DNA of 63,282 nt, counting the filler, from Dicyema japonicum (taxonomy: Eukaryota; Animalia; Dicyemida), in NCBI GenBank assembly GCA_011109175.1. It is 7 parts of 7 records of this genome, joined end to end, with 100 filler letters (N's around TTAATTAATTAA, not from the genome) between each part and the next. Parts side by side here need not be neighbours in the genome. Positions count along the whole stretch, not along the records: positions 27,809 to 44,864 come from RDEW01000176.1; positions 44,965 to 48,913 come from RDEW01000195.1; positions 49,014 to 54,968 come from RDEW01000283.1; 4 more parts are not named here. One strand, given 5' to 3'. Positions 37,101 through 49,700 of the stretch are shown in pieces. Made by a program: the position numbers and the translations under genes. Under the pieces are notes generated by a model. The model did not search any database. It was not told where the DNA came from and saw only the letters and a list, made by a program, of their open reading frames with translations. Positions within the stretch are counted from its first letter, which is position 1, and each line of letters opens with the position of its first letter.

Positions 37101-37930
37101 CTTCAGACCTGGAAAATCATGCACGGACTGTATCTACCAGATGCATTCAACGGTATTGAGAGGTCTGGAAGTCAAAAGACTAGTCAACCTGGTATGCTTG
37201 GATCTTTCCAAGGCTTTTGATAATGTTGCCACAAAGCACTCCTATCAAGGCTAGCATCTGCTCAGATCCAAAAGAAACTTCTCATTTGGATAAGGGATTT
37301 CCTAACAGGACGGATTTTCCAAGTACGTGTTGGAGCACATATGTCGAAAGACATCATACTGAAGAGGAGAGTTCCTCAGGGTTTCGTGCTGAGCCCTCTG
37401 CTATTCAACATATTCCTATCAGATTTTCAAACTCCAGCGGATATAAAGACAAAACTATTAATATACGCCGATGATATTCTGATCACAGATACATCTGGCA
37501 AATCAACTCTTTCGGAGAAAAGGATCATGTCATTCATTGGACAAGTTCAAGACTGGTGCACAAAAAGAGGGATGAGATTATCTACGGAGAAATCCAGCTC
37601 TCTACGAGTAAGTCGCCTAAGGAGGCATCAGAAGCAGCCTTACTCATTAGAGATTCCTAAAGTAAACTCAATGCGCTACCTCGAGATAGCAATCGATGGG
37701 AATGGTTCCTTCATGGAGGACATAAGACGAAGAAGGAAGAAGGCGCATCAAACACTCTTATGTACGAGAAAGTTGTTTGTAAGCCTGGAAACCTTCTTGT
37801 TCATCTTCATGAGGATCATCCTACCGGAACTGCTATATGGATGCGAAGCATGGTTTTTCTTTTGCCAAAGAGAAAGAATAATGTTTCTCATGGAAAAAAC
37901 CAGAAGGTCGGCAATAAAGTTGGCTTTGGG
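34154..37930 (+). mobile_element. Two-ORF I/Jockey-group LINE (intact gag-like ORF1; frameshifted APE-RT ORF2)
   Basis: ORF1 34154-35158 has three Cys/His knuckles (CYSCQQIGHFAYQC, CFRCAEEH..C, CVNCG..H..C). ORF2 has VNARSL, VNET, VGDLNAK, SYRPIKL, QWGFR, LDLSKAFD, PQG, YADD. Confidence 0.9.
36208..36549 (+). mobile_element. SINE-like element family A, copy 1 (5' hairpin, HDV-like fold, TAAA/TAA tail), nested in the LINE
   Basis: 13-bp TSD AACAATGTTTGAG at 36195-36207 and 36550-36562; homologous copies elsewhere in the window. Confidence 0.88.
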
Positions 37931-38889
37931 NNNNNNNNNNNNNNNNNNNNNNNNNNNNNNNNNNNNNNNNNNNNNNNNNNNNNNNNNNNNNNNNNNNNNN
38001 NNNNNNNNNNNNNNNNNNNNNNNNNNNNNNNNNNNNNNNNNNNNNNNNNNNNNNNNNNNNNNNNNNNNNNNNNNNNNNNNNNNNNNNNNNNNNNNNNNNN
38101 NNNNNNNNNNNNNNNNNNNNNNNNNNNNNNNNNNNNNNNNNNNNNNNNNNNNNNNNNNNNNNNNNNNNNNNNNNNNNNNNNNNNNNNNNNNNNNNNNNNN
38201 NNNNNNNNNNNNNNNNNNNNNNNNNNNNNNNNNNNNNNNNNNNNNNNNNNNNNNNNNNNNNNNNNNNNNNNNNNNNNNNNNNNNNNNNNNNNNNNNNNNN
38301 NNNNNNNNNNNNNNNNNNNNNNNNNNNNNNNNNNNNNNNNNNNNNNNNNNNNNNNNNNNNNNNNNNNNNNNNNNNNNNNNNNNNNNNNNNNNNNNNNNNN
38401 NNNNNNNNNNNNNNNNNNNNNNNNNNNNNNNNNNNNNNNNNNNNNNNNNNNNNNNNNNNNNNNNNNNNNNNNNNNNNNNNNNNNNNNNNNNNNNNNNNNN
38501 NNNNNNNNNNNNNNNNNNNNNNNNNNNNNNNNNNNNNNNNNNNNNNNNNNNNNNNNNNNNNNNNNNNNNNNNNNNNNNNNNNNNNNNNNNNNNNNNNNNN
38601 NNNNNNNNNNNNNNNNNNNNNNNNNNNNNNNNNNNNNNNNNNNNNNNNNNNNNNTTCGTTTTTCCTTTACAAATCGGGAACCGATGTAAAGGTCTCCCAT
38701 TTTTGTTCCATACAAAGTCGAACATGTTTTTGGACGAAATTATTTCGTTTTTCCTTTAAAAATCGGGGACCGATGTCAAGGTCTCCTATTTTTGTTCCAT
38801 ACAAAGTCGAACATGTGTTTGGACGAAATTAAAAATTTAGTTTTTCCTCCGATAAGAAGCCGGTAATCATTTGTTATAGAATGATAAGT

Positions 38890-40330
38890 AAGACTTATCA
38901 GCCCGGACGTGATACTATACGACAATAAATTTGAACATTATTCCGGATGTCTGGAAGAGATCATACATCAAATTAATCTTGAAGCCAGGAAAATCCGAAA
39001 ATGACCCCTCTTCCTACAGACTAATCTCGATCCCATGTTCACTTTCCCGAATACTCGAAAGATTAGTTCTTGAAAATATCAAAGACTACATCCCACTCTC
39101 TCTTTTCTAACATGGATTCCGGGCTAAACACACCACAGCAACATGCCTAACATCCTTGTGCCAGTTCATTGCGGAGGGATTCAATTTTACTAAACCACAC
39201 CAACGAACAGTTTTGGTCTCTGTTGGTATAACAAAGGCTTTCGACACAGTCTCAAGAAAACTCCTTACTGAGAAAATTTACGATACGCGAGACAAAAAAT
39301 GCATCCACCCAAATATAAAACTATGGATTGCCAACTTCTTAAGTGAGAGACGTGGACAAGTGATTTGCAATAACATAAAGTCAAAACTCCGTCTCCTACC
39401 AAATGGAGTCTCTCAAGGATCTCCACTATCACCCCAACTCTTCAATCTCTACATAAACGACATGCCACAAACCTGTAATGAAAACTGTCTAATCCTCTCT
39501 TATGCCGACGATATCATTCTTGCCTCCGAGAACAGAAGCATTCAATCAGCGACTCAGTTGGCTCAACAAATGCTCGACAACCTGGAACTATGGCTCTCGA
39601 AGCGGAGACTCGACACATCAGCATCAAAGTCCTTTGTCACACTGTTTACCACCTACAAGAGACAGCTCTGTATCGAACCAAAAGTCTTTATGAAGAACGA
39701 AGCTATCTCTATTAACAAAACACTAAAGATTCTGGGAGTAACCTTTGATCAGGGACTCACTTCTGCTCTGAAGAGAATTTTAAAAGTGATATCAAAAACA
39801 CTTAGAGACCTGCCACAATTTATGAACAATTTATCCAACCAACGATGACGTATGCAAGTCCTTTATAGGCAATGCAGATTTCATGATCCTCCTCATTGAA
39901 ACTATCCGCAATCGAGGAGACCGCAATAAGGATAATTGGACCAGAACACAAAATCCAGCCCATTGAAAATCTCTTAATCGAATTACAACGGAAACTCTTA
40001 AAGAAGGCTAGTTTACCGAGCAGCCCTCTATTCTATACACTATCGAAATATCTACAATCTTACAGAAATTTTGAGCCAGCCCATTGAAAATCTCTTAATC
40101 GAATTACAACGGAAACTCTTAAAGAAGGCTAGTTTACCGAGCAGCCCTCTATTCTATACACTATCGAAATATCTACAATCTTACAGAAATTTTGAGCCGA
40201 TGCCATGTCCAATGTGTAGAGCTGTTCGGGATTCTCGACCGCACCGGACTCGTCCTCTCCCTTGTCGATCTGAGATCACTTAGTTAGTTGAGAACCTTTT
40301 ATTTCTTTCTCTTTGACCCAGTGATCCTGG
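38890..40330 (+). mobile_element. Vingi/Ingi-like RT and 3' end, degenerate
   Basis: DPSSYRLIS, CQFIAEGFN, KAFDTV, GVSQGSPLSP, YADD, KILGVTFD; A-rich tail. Confidence 0.85.
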
Positions 40331-40549
40331 AGGTAATAATAAAAAAAATTGACTATTATNGCCATGTCCAATGAGAAGAGCTGTTCAGGATTCTCGACCG
40401 CACCGGACTCGTCCTCTCCCTTGTCGGTTTGAGATCACTTAGTTAGTTGAGAACCTTTTATTTCTTTCTCTTTGACCCAGTGATCCTGGAGGTAATAATA
40501 AAAAAATTTGACTATTATAGCATTTGTAGTTTCTGACGGACTGGCAGCA

Positions 40550-41450
40550 AAGTTCCTGATTGAGTGGACTACTGCTTCGCATCCATGAGGAATTCTACCC
40601 CAAGTTAAGTAGGTCTCAGTTGGGGACTTAAAGTCTTGCTCACTGCTTTGGAAGCAATCTTCGTCGTCAGGCGCCTGAATACGTTGCCTATAACGATGGG
40701 TCTTAACCCACCACGAGGTTTTCTGAAGGCGATCAGTTTGGAAGCAAAAAAGAGTCCTCTGGCATAATCGGAGATATCAGCCCTAAGAATGCGGTCTGTA
40801 AGGGTCTTTATTGAATTAATGAGGGAGTTTCCAATATCGGCGGTTGTGGAAAAAATAAGGTTTTTCATATGACTCGGACGTAGGCCGTCCAAGCCAGCAC
40901 TGTTGCTTTCTGAAAAAGATGAAATAGCAGATCGTATATCACCTGTGGTGGTTGCCAAATGTGGAATGTCCTTCTCAATTTTTGTCTCGCGTATATTCGA
41001 CGGGGCGGGTGTTATTCTTGGATGATGAGTTTGAGGGTTTCTTTAGTTGGTGAAAAAACCTTGACATTACTGGAGAGCGTACGCAAGGCACCCCGAATGT
41101 TCCCGACCAGGGCCTTCTTATTCACTTCTTTGCGTATATCCTACTTGTTTTTCTTGATCCTGGACGATGAGGGCGAATGATCAGCAATCGAATGACTTCC
41201 CAGTGCAGTCGCCAAATTAACAGTATCGTATTTAGAGGCATTTCTCTTGATAATTGAATTGAGATTCCCTTATTTTTAGTTCGGTTGGATGTGATCCGAG
41301 GACAAGAGGTGCAAAGCAGAGAAGGTGTATCCAGACATCTTGAGTATTATCATCGACCTCCTTGCTAACTAGCTTTCTCCACTGTCTCTGGAATCCCTAA
41401 TCCATAAGAACTGAGGGGATGCAATTATGAGGATTGGGTTATACGGCCGA
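40550..41450 (-). mobile_element. CRE-like 5'/RT-proximal fragment
   Basis: SAGLDGLRP, GGLRPIVIGNVFRRL; homologous to the 18120-20129 ORF. Confidence 0.8.
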
Positions 41451-42467
41451 TTCGTGCTCTAAAGCGTGTTTGGATAACGTGAATAGTTGGATGCTACAGT
41501 GGTTTTTGTTATCTTTCATTTCATTTTAATCATAGAGCTTTAATTTTTTTACATGCTGGGCTTGGTTGATTTTGTTCGATTTAATGGCAGAATCCTCAGA
41601 TCACCAATGTGGTCGCTTTTCCTAAGTACTCATAATATCTATTGTCTACGATGAAAATATTTAGTACTGAAACAAACTATTTAACAAGTTTCCTCCGAAA
41701 ATAAGTGACTCCAAATCAATTCGGTGTACAAAATGAACTTGCAAAGTTAAGATATGGGCATCACCAAATTCTCCACTTATAGTCTTATGAAATTGGGTAA
41801 ACAAAAAATCCAATCTGTCTGCCATGCAACTCCGCTGAAGAAACAACAGAATAGTTACTTATTTGTAAAGAGCCTTCTTTCTATCTAGACCTTCCGTGTC
41901 TGGAGGACCCGTGGGAAAATCCGTTATTAGTTGATAACTTTATTTAGTTAATCGGATTCTCACGCAGGTGTGATGCAGATTGTGAGGGGAATATTGATGT
42001 TTGCCAAGCAAATTATGGTAGGTGTCAAAAGGTAGTATGTGTGGAAGAAAGCGCTTTAAGAATGTTTTAGCTTCTTTGTGTGAATCTAGATCCCCAGACT
42101 CTCAAATTTGATTATGGGAAATTAGGTATTCTTGAAGGTCATTGTCTTCAAAAAAAGATAGTTTTGTTTTTCATGATAGTAGATAAATCTCTTTCTATTA
42201 CAATCATGTTTCCAAAAAAGGCAGAGCAAAACTATATAACCACACCAAATTTGATAAAGGTAGAGAGCATTTTCATTTGTACTGGAAAAAGCCTCGGCAC
42301 CAAAGGGACCCGCAGCCTTCGGGATCCTTACTGGAATAGTTTAAGAAGAACGATGTTCTCTAATTAAATTGAAAATTGAATCTTAGTCCAAAAATGTGAA
42401 TGTACTAGCCTTCATTTCTACCTGTCAAGACCAAGACAGGAAGAGCAATGACATATTTTAAGTGCGT

Positions 42468-42930
42468 TTGCCGCGTGGCGCCATGTGGTGCTGCGTGGTT
42501 AATTGGTTTAAATTTTCTGCTTGCTTCTCTGTTCCTCCTCTTTTTTCCTAATAGAGTTGCGTCATGTGATCCACCTATCTTGGTGACGCCCAGTGCCAGG
42601 CCGGCATGAAAAAGGATCATTTGCTCTCCCCCACTCCACTGGAGGGGTTTCCACGACTGCATGTAATGGACGTCTTATCTTTTATGCTGATTCCGGAAGG
42701 ACTCTGTTTCTGTAGAAGTGAAAACTGGATACACTTAATTAATTGTTTACTTTGACTTCTTTCTCGGTGTATCCGGGGTTAATAAATAAATAANGTCTTA
42801 TCTTTTATGCTGATTCCGGAAGGACTCTGTTTCTGTGGAAGTGAAAACTGGATACACTTAATTAATTGTTTACTTTGACTTCTTTCTCGGTGTATCCGGG
42901 GTTAATAAATAAATAAAAAATAAAAATAAA
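42468..42930 (+). mobile_element. SINE-like family A, copy 2 (3' part duplicated across an N)
   Basis: High identity to 36208-36549; approximate TSD aa(t)gtgcgt. Confidence 0.85.
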
Positions 42931-43437
42931 TAATGTGCGTAAAAGGATGTCTGGAAGAATCGGAAACAGCTGAAATGGAAGAATTTCTGCAGTCTGAACG
43001 AGACATGATCTGTTTTCCATATTAATTCAGGATGAAAACTTTTTTGGGGCACGATTTTTTGCGCGTTAATGTATTCTTTTTTTCTTTTTTCTTCACACCA
43101 GTATATTACATATTTTCCCATGGGAGTCTATAAAGTGAAATTGATTTTTTCTCAAATCCACCGCTTTTTCTAGTCCAAAAATGGTTAATTCGAGTGTTCT
43201 TACTGTATACTTAAATTATTCAAATTCGTCACCTTCGAAATTCTCAAATTGATTGATTCAAGAAAGTGTTAAATTTTAGCTGAATATATGGTTTCACAGA
43301 ATCGAATTATTTTAAACGTCAATTTTTTTTTTGAATTTTCTATTTTTAGTTTAACATCAAACAGGTCCCTCCTTTTCTTTACTCAGAATTAGCTAAGTGC
43401 TTCTTAAAATCTATGTTTGTATTCTACGCACATACTC

Positions 43438-43660
43438 TCAAACCTTTTCTTTAGTGAATTGATCTTGATATCCACAACAATTTTTACTGTATTTGCGCCA
43501 ATTTAAAATTCTTGAAAATAGGGGTACTAAGCCATCGCAGGTTAGAACGATAATCAATGTCATCATTTTGGCTTTGTCAGTTATTTCTAGTTCACTAGTT
43601 AATAAGTCATAGTTATGAAGACTTTTAACTTCAACGGACTTCAAATTGTCCAAAAAGTCA
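43438..43660 (-). mobile_element. Degenerate R4/Dong-like RLE fragment
   Basis: VEVKSLHNYDLLTSEL..IIVLTCDGLV. Confidence 0.5.
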
Positions 43661-43849
43661 CTTTCATTTCGAGTTTCAATATATCACATTTACTTAATCC
43701 TATCATTATTGATAAAAATATTCTGAAATCACTAATTAGAATCTTTTCAAATCATATTTTTAACGATTTATTAATTTAATATCGATTATTAAATTTTTAA
43801 TGAAATTAATTATGTATATCATTGCAACAGTCTATATCAAAAATAATTA

Positions 43850-44070
43850 AATCAATATAGGGAGCTCGAATCGCCATGCTGTTTCTTCTGACAATAGCTA
43901 TCGAGATTAGCTCACGAAGCTATCCAGTCTCATTTAGGTCCTTGGTGACCCTTTGGAACATTGAGCTGATCCGACGAACTAGATCAACCGCTTGTTGGGT
44001 TAAGGATTCCTGATGTCTCAACAGCAAATGTGACAAACAAGTAATCCTCCGAAATGCTTCAGTACTTCCT
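43850..44070 (-). mobile_element. CRE-like 3' fragment
   Basis: ISEDYLFVTFAVETSG..ISIAIVRRNSMAIR. Confidence 0.7.
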
Positions 44071-45569
44071 TCTGTTTATTATTTCAATTTTGATTCGTAT
44101 ACTTTCATTCTTATGAATAGTAAATTAATTTATTATCCCCGGAATCAAAAGAAAGAGGACGAGATTTATCGTCAAGTTGAACGATTCTGGTGTTCTCCTG
44201 CCGTTAGTTTTGGAGTCCTGGATTAATCCCCACAAAGAGGAAGGTTTCTTCTCGTATCTTGGGCAGACGTCGGATATTGTTAGGTGTATTAAGATAAATT
44301 TTTATATGAAAATCTCGATGGTTGATTTTCAGCCGTTTAAATTTAGAAAATAAGTTTGAAAATCAAATTAATTTAATGGGCAGACATNGGAGTCCTGGAT
44401 TAATCCCCACAAAGAGGAAGGTTTCTTCTCGTATCTTGGGCAGACGTCGGATATTGTTAGGTGTATTAAGATAAATTTTTATATGGAAATATTTATGGTT
44501 GATTTTCAGCCGTTTAAATTTAGAAAATAAGTTTGAAAATCAAATTAATTTAATGGGCGACATTACTATCAAATTATAGGCTCGTTTAATCAATTTTAGT
44601 CGATTAAATTGGCATAACTTAAAATATGACCTTAATATTCAAACTTATACGTCATCGTTAAAACAAAAGATTTACGTATAAATGTGTTCTTAAATTTTAT
44701 TTAAAGAAATAAAGCATTTATGTCAAAATGTGCGCTTTATTGATTATTTGCTATAGCGACGCTTAACCGTCACGTATAATAAATTAAATATGCGGGCGTA
44801 ACCAAAAATATTAAAAGATGGAGGCTCTGTATCAAAGTTTTAAAAAGACTGAATCAAAATGCTTNNNNNNNNNNNNNNNNNNNNNNNNNNNNNNNNNNNN
44901 NNNNNNNNTTAATTAATTAANNNNNNNNNNNNNNNNNNNNNNNNNNNNNNNNNNNNNNNNNNNNTCCACAAAATGATGTAAAATGACAATTTGGAGGTCA
45001 ACTTGTTTTACGATGCTGATTCGGCTAAAAATTACTTTTTTTCAGCCAATTTTTAAGACTTGCTGTTAGTTGTAAATATTTTATTTAAAGTGAAAAGTAT
45101 TAATAATAAATCATACTCATCGGATTCCTCTGCAGGGATGAGAGAAGGCTCTTTCATACGGTAGTGGGAGACTACAGACGACTACAAACGTTGGATGGCT
45201 CGTTGATCGATTGGGATTACCTAACTGTCTTACGTTTTTTCTATCTTTCGTTCTCGGTGATCCCGGAGTTCTAAATAAATAAATGCTCCTTCATGGCTGA
45301 ACGTCCGATGACATCGGCTCTGACAGCCATGAGTTCGAATCCGAAAAATCGACTTTTCAGCGAAGGCCAATTCTCGTCAAACAGATCCCACCTGTGAGCC
45401 GATGAGTCATTCTTAGTAGATAGGGATCCTGTTACCTTCCACTGGTGAAGAATATGAAACTCTTTCGATTAGTCAGCTATGTAGACGCAGAACAGCACCA
45501 TCCTGCCGCAGATCAAATTTTATTAGATCAGGTTTAGTCAAATAAAATTAGCATTAACGTTAGAACCCC

Positions 45570-45975
45570 ACTTTATTTAACAAACAATAAAAAAAATTAA
45601 TATATTTAATAATCAACAACCTTTCTCGCCTGTCTGTTGGCCAGCCTCCTCAGGCAGGTTCAATTCTGGTTGCTGAAACAACTCCGAGAGCGCCTTGTCT
45701 AATTGAACCCTCTGTCCATATGGAATCTCAGGGCTCTGCCTCTATACTCCAGTGTCAGGCTCTCTAGGGTCCGCTTCAACACAGTGGACTGTAGATAGGC
45801 CTGGAGCTTCCTATCTACCCCCAACTGCTTCAGATAACCCTTGTGGTACTTTGTTGCAATTCCTTCCCACGTCATTACTATAGGAATAACGAAGACCTTG
45901 CAACCAAGCATCTGCCCCATTTCGTTTGCAAGAAAGTCATACTTCCTTTTTTTCTCCACCTCCACAGTCTGCAAA
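45570..45975 (-). mobile_element. R4/Dong-like retrotransposon 3' end
   Basis: QTVEVEKKRKYDFLANEMG..IPIVMTWEG..AYLQSTVLKRTLES; its 3' UTR is also present at 57030-57100. Confidence 0.8.
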
Positions 45976-46344
45976 NNNNNNNNNNNNNNNNNNNNNNNNN
46001 NNNNNNNNNNNNNNNNNNNNNNNNNNNNNNNNNNNNNNNNNNNNNNNNNNNNNNNNNNNNNNNNNNNNNNNNNNNNNNNNNNNTTTAATATAGAAAGTAC
46101 CTAATTGGCTTAAGAGTTAGTTGGCGGTGATTGTGAAAGATTGATATCCCAAAAAAGGAAAAGGGAAAATCATGATCCCATAAAAGGAAAAAGGGATATT
46201 TTTTATATTTTTATTAATAAAAAAAATTTTTTAAGAAATTAATAATAAAATAAATTTTAAACAAAACTAATAAATCATTGATTTACATAATTAATTTTAA
46301 TATAGAAATTGACGATCTTATTCAGAGCCTTGTACCTGGAGATC

Positions 46345-48047
46345 TGCCAGCGCTCCTTTTGCAGGCGAGAGGGTGCAGGCCATAGCAGTCTATTATGTCA
46401 CATGAATCAAACGATACCTATGGGCTGCCTGTTACATTAACCTTGAACAAAGATTAACTTCAATTAATTTTATAAATGATTTATTAACCACAAAAAATTT
46501 AATTTAAGTAACTTTTTTTAGTCTATTCATTAATACAGTCGATATTTCTTTTTTTTAATTTTTTATCTATCAAATTAAACTATTTAAAACTACCTTCACA
46601 CGATTATTCGATAAAATATTAATTATTTATGCAACTGGATAATACTGAGACTCAAACTTATCCAGTCGCAATGAGGGATTTGTTCCAAAGTCCTTTTAAG
46701 GTCGAACCTATCTATTAATGTTTTTAATTCATACTTTATCTCCCATGTTAAAAGTATATTTACTATTATGAACATTCATTTTTCTGTTAACCAAATCGTC
46801 GAACGATTAACCAAATCGTCAATTTGTTCTGGAATTGCACACTAATCACTTAAATTATCTAAGTCATAATGTGATATAAGTATAACCATTAATTATTGAA
46901 TTTATTCCCTTACTTCCTCGATATCTTTCGGAAGGGCTTTCGTTAGAAAATGAATGGACGGATATGTTATAACTGTAGACAGCACTTATATAAGTATAAC
47001 CATTAATTATTGAATTTATTCCCTTACTTCCTCGATATCTTTCGGAAGGGCTTTCGTTAGAAAATGAATGGACGGATATGTTATAACTGTAGACAGCACT
47101 TTTTTAATTTATCAAGCCACTTTTTTTACTGTTATCCAGCATTTTTGACAAATTCCTCGTGATCATCTGAATGAATCTTTCGACAATTCCTTATGCTCGT
47201 GGATTGTTAGGCCTTCCGTGAATTTGCTTAATGTTAAAATCTTCGCAAAGTTTTGTTATTTCTTGATTTTTAAATTCAGAACCATTGTTCGACTGAAGAA
47301 ATTTACATGGCCCATTCAAGCGGAACAGAGATCTTAAGTTTTCACATACTTCTGATCCCAGACTTATTGTAGAGTGGTCGTACAAACACGAACTGTTAAA
47401 GGACTCGAAAATTTGCAGACTTCACAATTTCGAATGACTTTTCCGATAATCTTATTCTTTACAGTGAAGTATCTTTGTCGACATTCATACTCAATTTTAT
47501 TGACTCCTCCGTGTGAAAACTCGTGGAACGATTTCGCAACATGCTCCATTTGGTTTCATTATCCAGGGATATGACTAACTTGGAATCAGTTGATTTAAGA
47601 TACAGTCTAAAATTATTGCAAATTTACAATACCTGTCATTGATAATGGAAAAATTCTCTATCTTCTTTAAAAGCCTATATTTTCGGTGCCTCGGAAGATT
47701 TTCGGGAAATTTATCATGCAAAGCATCTTTTAAAGTTTGATATTCAACGCAATCTATCACAAAACCCTTGTAAGAAGCCATTGCAACAAATTGCTATAAC
47801 TCACGAAGAAATCTAGGTTTACTGCTATAAAAAATAAAATCTTATAATCATAACATTTATGAATAAAAAACTAATTTAACAGGATTAAATCACGATATAA
47901 ATCGGATATACAAATTTAAATGTCGGATAATCAAAAGACCTTTTCAAGGTCGAAAAACGAAAAAATGTAACAGGCTGCCCATCCACCCATGAGACAGAAT
48001 ATACTGCAAATGTTTACTAGCGTGTCACAGAAGGAGAAAGCGCTACA
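46345..48047 (-). mobile_element. Ginger/KRBA2-type DDE integrase DNA transposon, decayed
   Basis: H..H..C..C zinc motif (FHEFSHGG..CEVC), LQSNNGSEF..HGRPNNP; imperfect TIRs of about 100 bp (ATGGGC(T/A)GCCTGTTACATT core at 46420 and 47964-47982); terminus TGTAGCG. Confidence 0.75.
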
Positions 48048-48124
48048 ATGAATTTATTATTTAAAAATTAATAAAAAATTTACAAATATAATTTTATTGA
48101 TTTTTTAAATTTAAAATTAACGTG

Positions 48125-48230
48125 GACCCGATGAAAGACGGTATGTCCGCAATTGCAGGGACCTCTCCAATAAAGCCAAGGGAAGTGTCTTGTTTGGGAT
48201 TCAACATGCAAGGACACTTTGTCTGAATTT
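48125..48230 (+). mobile_element. CRE-like RLE fragment
   Basis: GKCLVWDSTCKDTLS. Confidence 0.55.
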
Positions 48231-49059
48231 TTGAAGATAAAAAAGTGCCACGGTATTGGTTGATACGTCTCGCCTTATTGGCTCGAGCACGTCTGAGTTC
48301 ATCACGTTAATCGAATGGCTGGATAATAGAATTTACCATTAATACAATTCAAGGTAAACCACATGATTAAGATCATTGAAATATTTATTTATGGAATTAC
48401 TTTAAATTAATTTTTATAAAAAACAACAATAAATTGGAGTTATGGTAGTGCAACATTTATTGTACTGATATTCCCTCTCTGTACTATGAGAGAAATTTTG
48501 GACAAATATTAGGAAGTTACAGGAAATGCAAAAGAGGCCTTTCAGAGTAACGGAGAGTTAGATTTGGGGAGAACACCGAACCGGACCGAAGCCTTTGGAG
48601 GACATTATTAGACTAGACTCCAGAATGCTGGAATACGCCCGTAAATTCAGTAAACAGTACAGTACGATCATGCGTGGGCACGAAGGAGGAGCATCGGAAA
48701 AAGATGAGGTCACTGATGGAACGCATCGGGATCACGTGATAGTCAGTTTGGGTTTACCATGGTCAGGGGTGTTAAAAAATACGCAGATTCTCTGAGGTCC
48801 CCTGTGATTGATGACATAAGATTCCCGAGTCTATTGAAGAGAGCATAGAACGAATGTCCATGGGCCTTGTTTTGTCGACACAGACTATTAATTATATCAG
48901 TGCTGCATGGATTNNNNNNNNNNNNNNNNNNNNNNNNNNNNNNNNNNNNNNNNNNNNTTAATTAATTAANNNNNNNNNNNNNNNNNNNNNNNNNNNNNNN
49001 NNNNNNNNNNNNNTAATGACCAACGTAAAACAGGGAAAATTGAGTGCATGAAAAAGACA

Positions 49060-49700
49060 TTTGTGCGAGAGACACGTAACTACCAAAACCAGAGTACCAA
49101 CTGAGCATACGGGGAAGGTATTGAGCCAGAACCCCAAATTCTCAGCAGACGCTGCATTCAGACATGTGCGACGATGGGTATCTGAGCACCTTCCAAGTCA
49201 TTTAGCTTTTTTAACAAAGAATTTCATCCAAGTCCCTTTGTGATAAAGTTCTTCGGAACATCAAGCCTGTTTGTTATCTACTGCACGCAACCGCGTCAAA
49301 CATAGGATCCAGACTCAATCCGTGACAGGAACATAAGATTGAGCTGGTTAAGGCACGGCAGCTTGTGAGGGACGATGAGTAGCATGGAATGCCAAATTGG
49401 CAGAAGACCTCGAACCAATTACCCCAAACCTTATCGGAAGCTTTCCTTTGGACCAGCCAGTACAATCAAATCGGATATTGAGATCCTCCTGAGATTTAAG
49501 AGAATCAGGCTCATTGAAACAAAAGGAACTTGACTATGAGAAATCATCTTGGGAACAAAAATGTTATTTTTCATTAAGAAAACGGTATGTGCTTCAAAAT
49601 TATTTAGCCTTCCCGTGATGAACCGGAACGAGTCGACCTTTCTCTTTATAAACTTCTCCATCTCGGAAAAGAATTCAAGGAGAACCGTACCAAAAGAGTC
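49060..49700 (-). mobile_element. Degenerate CRE-like fragment
   Basis: RLNNFEAHTVFLMKN..PKM; downstream SGFWLNTFPVCSVGTLVL. Confidence 0.6.
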
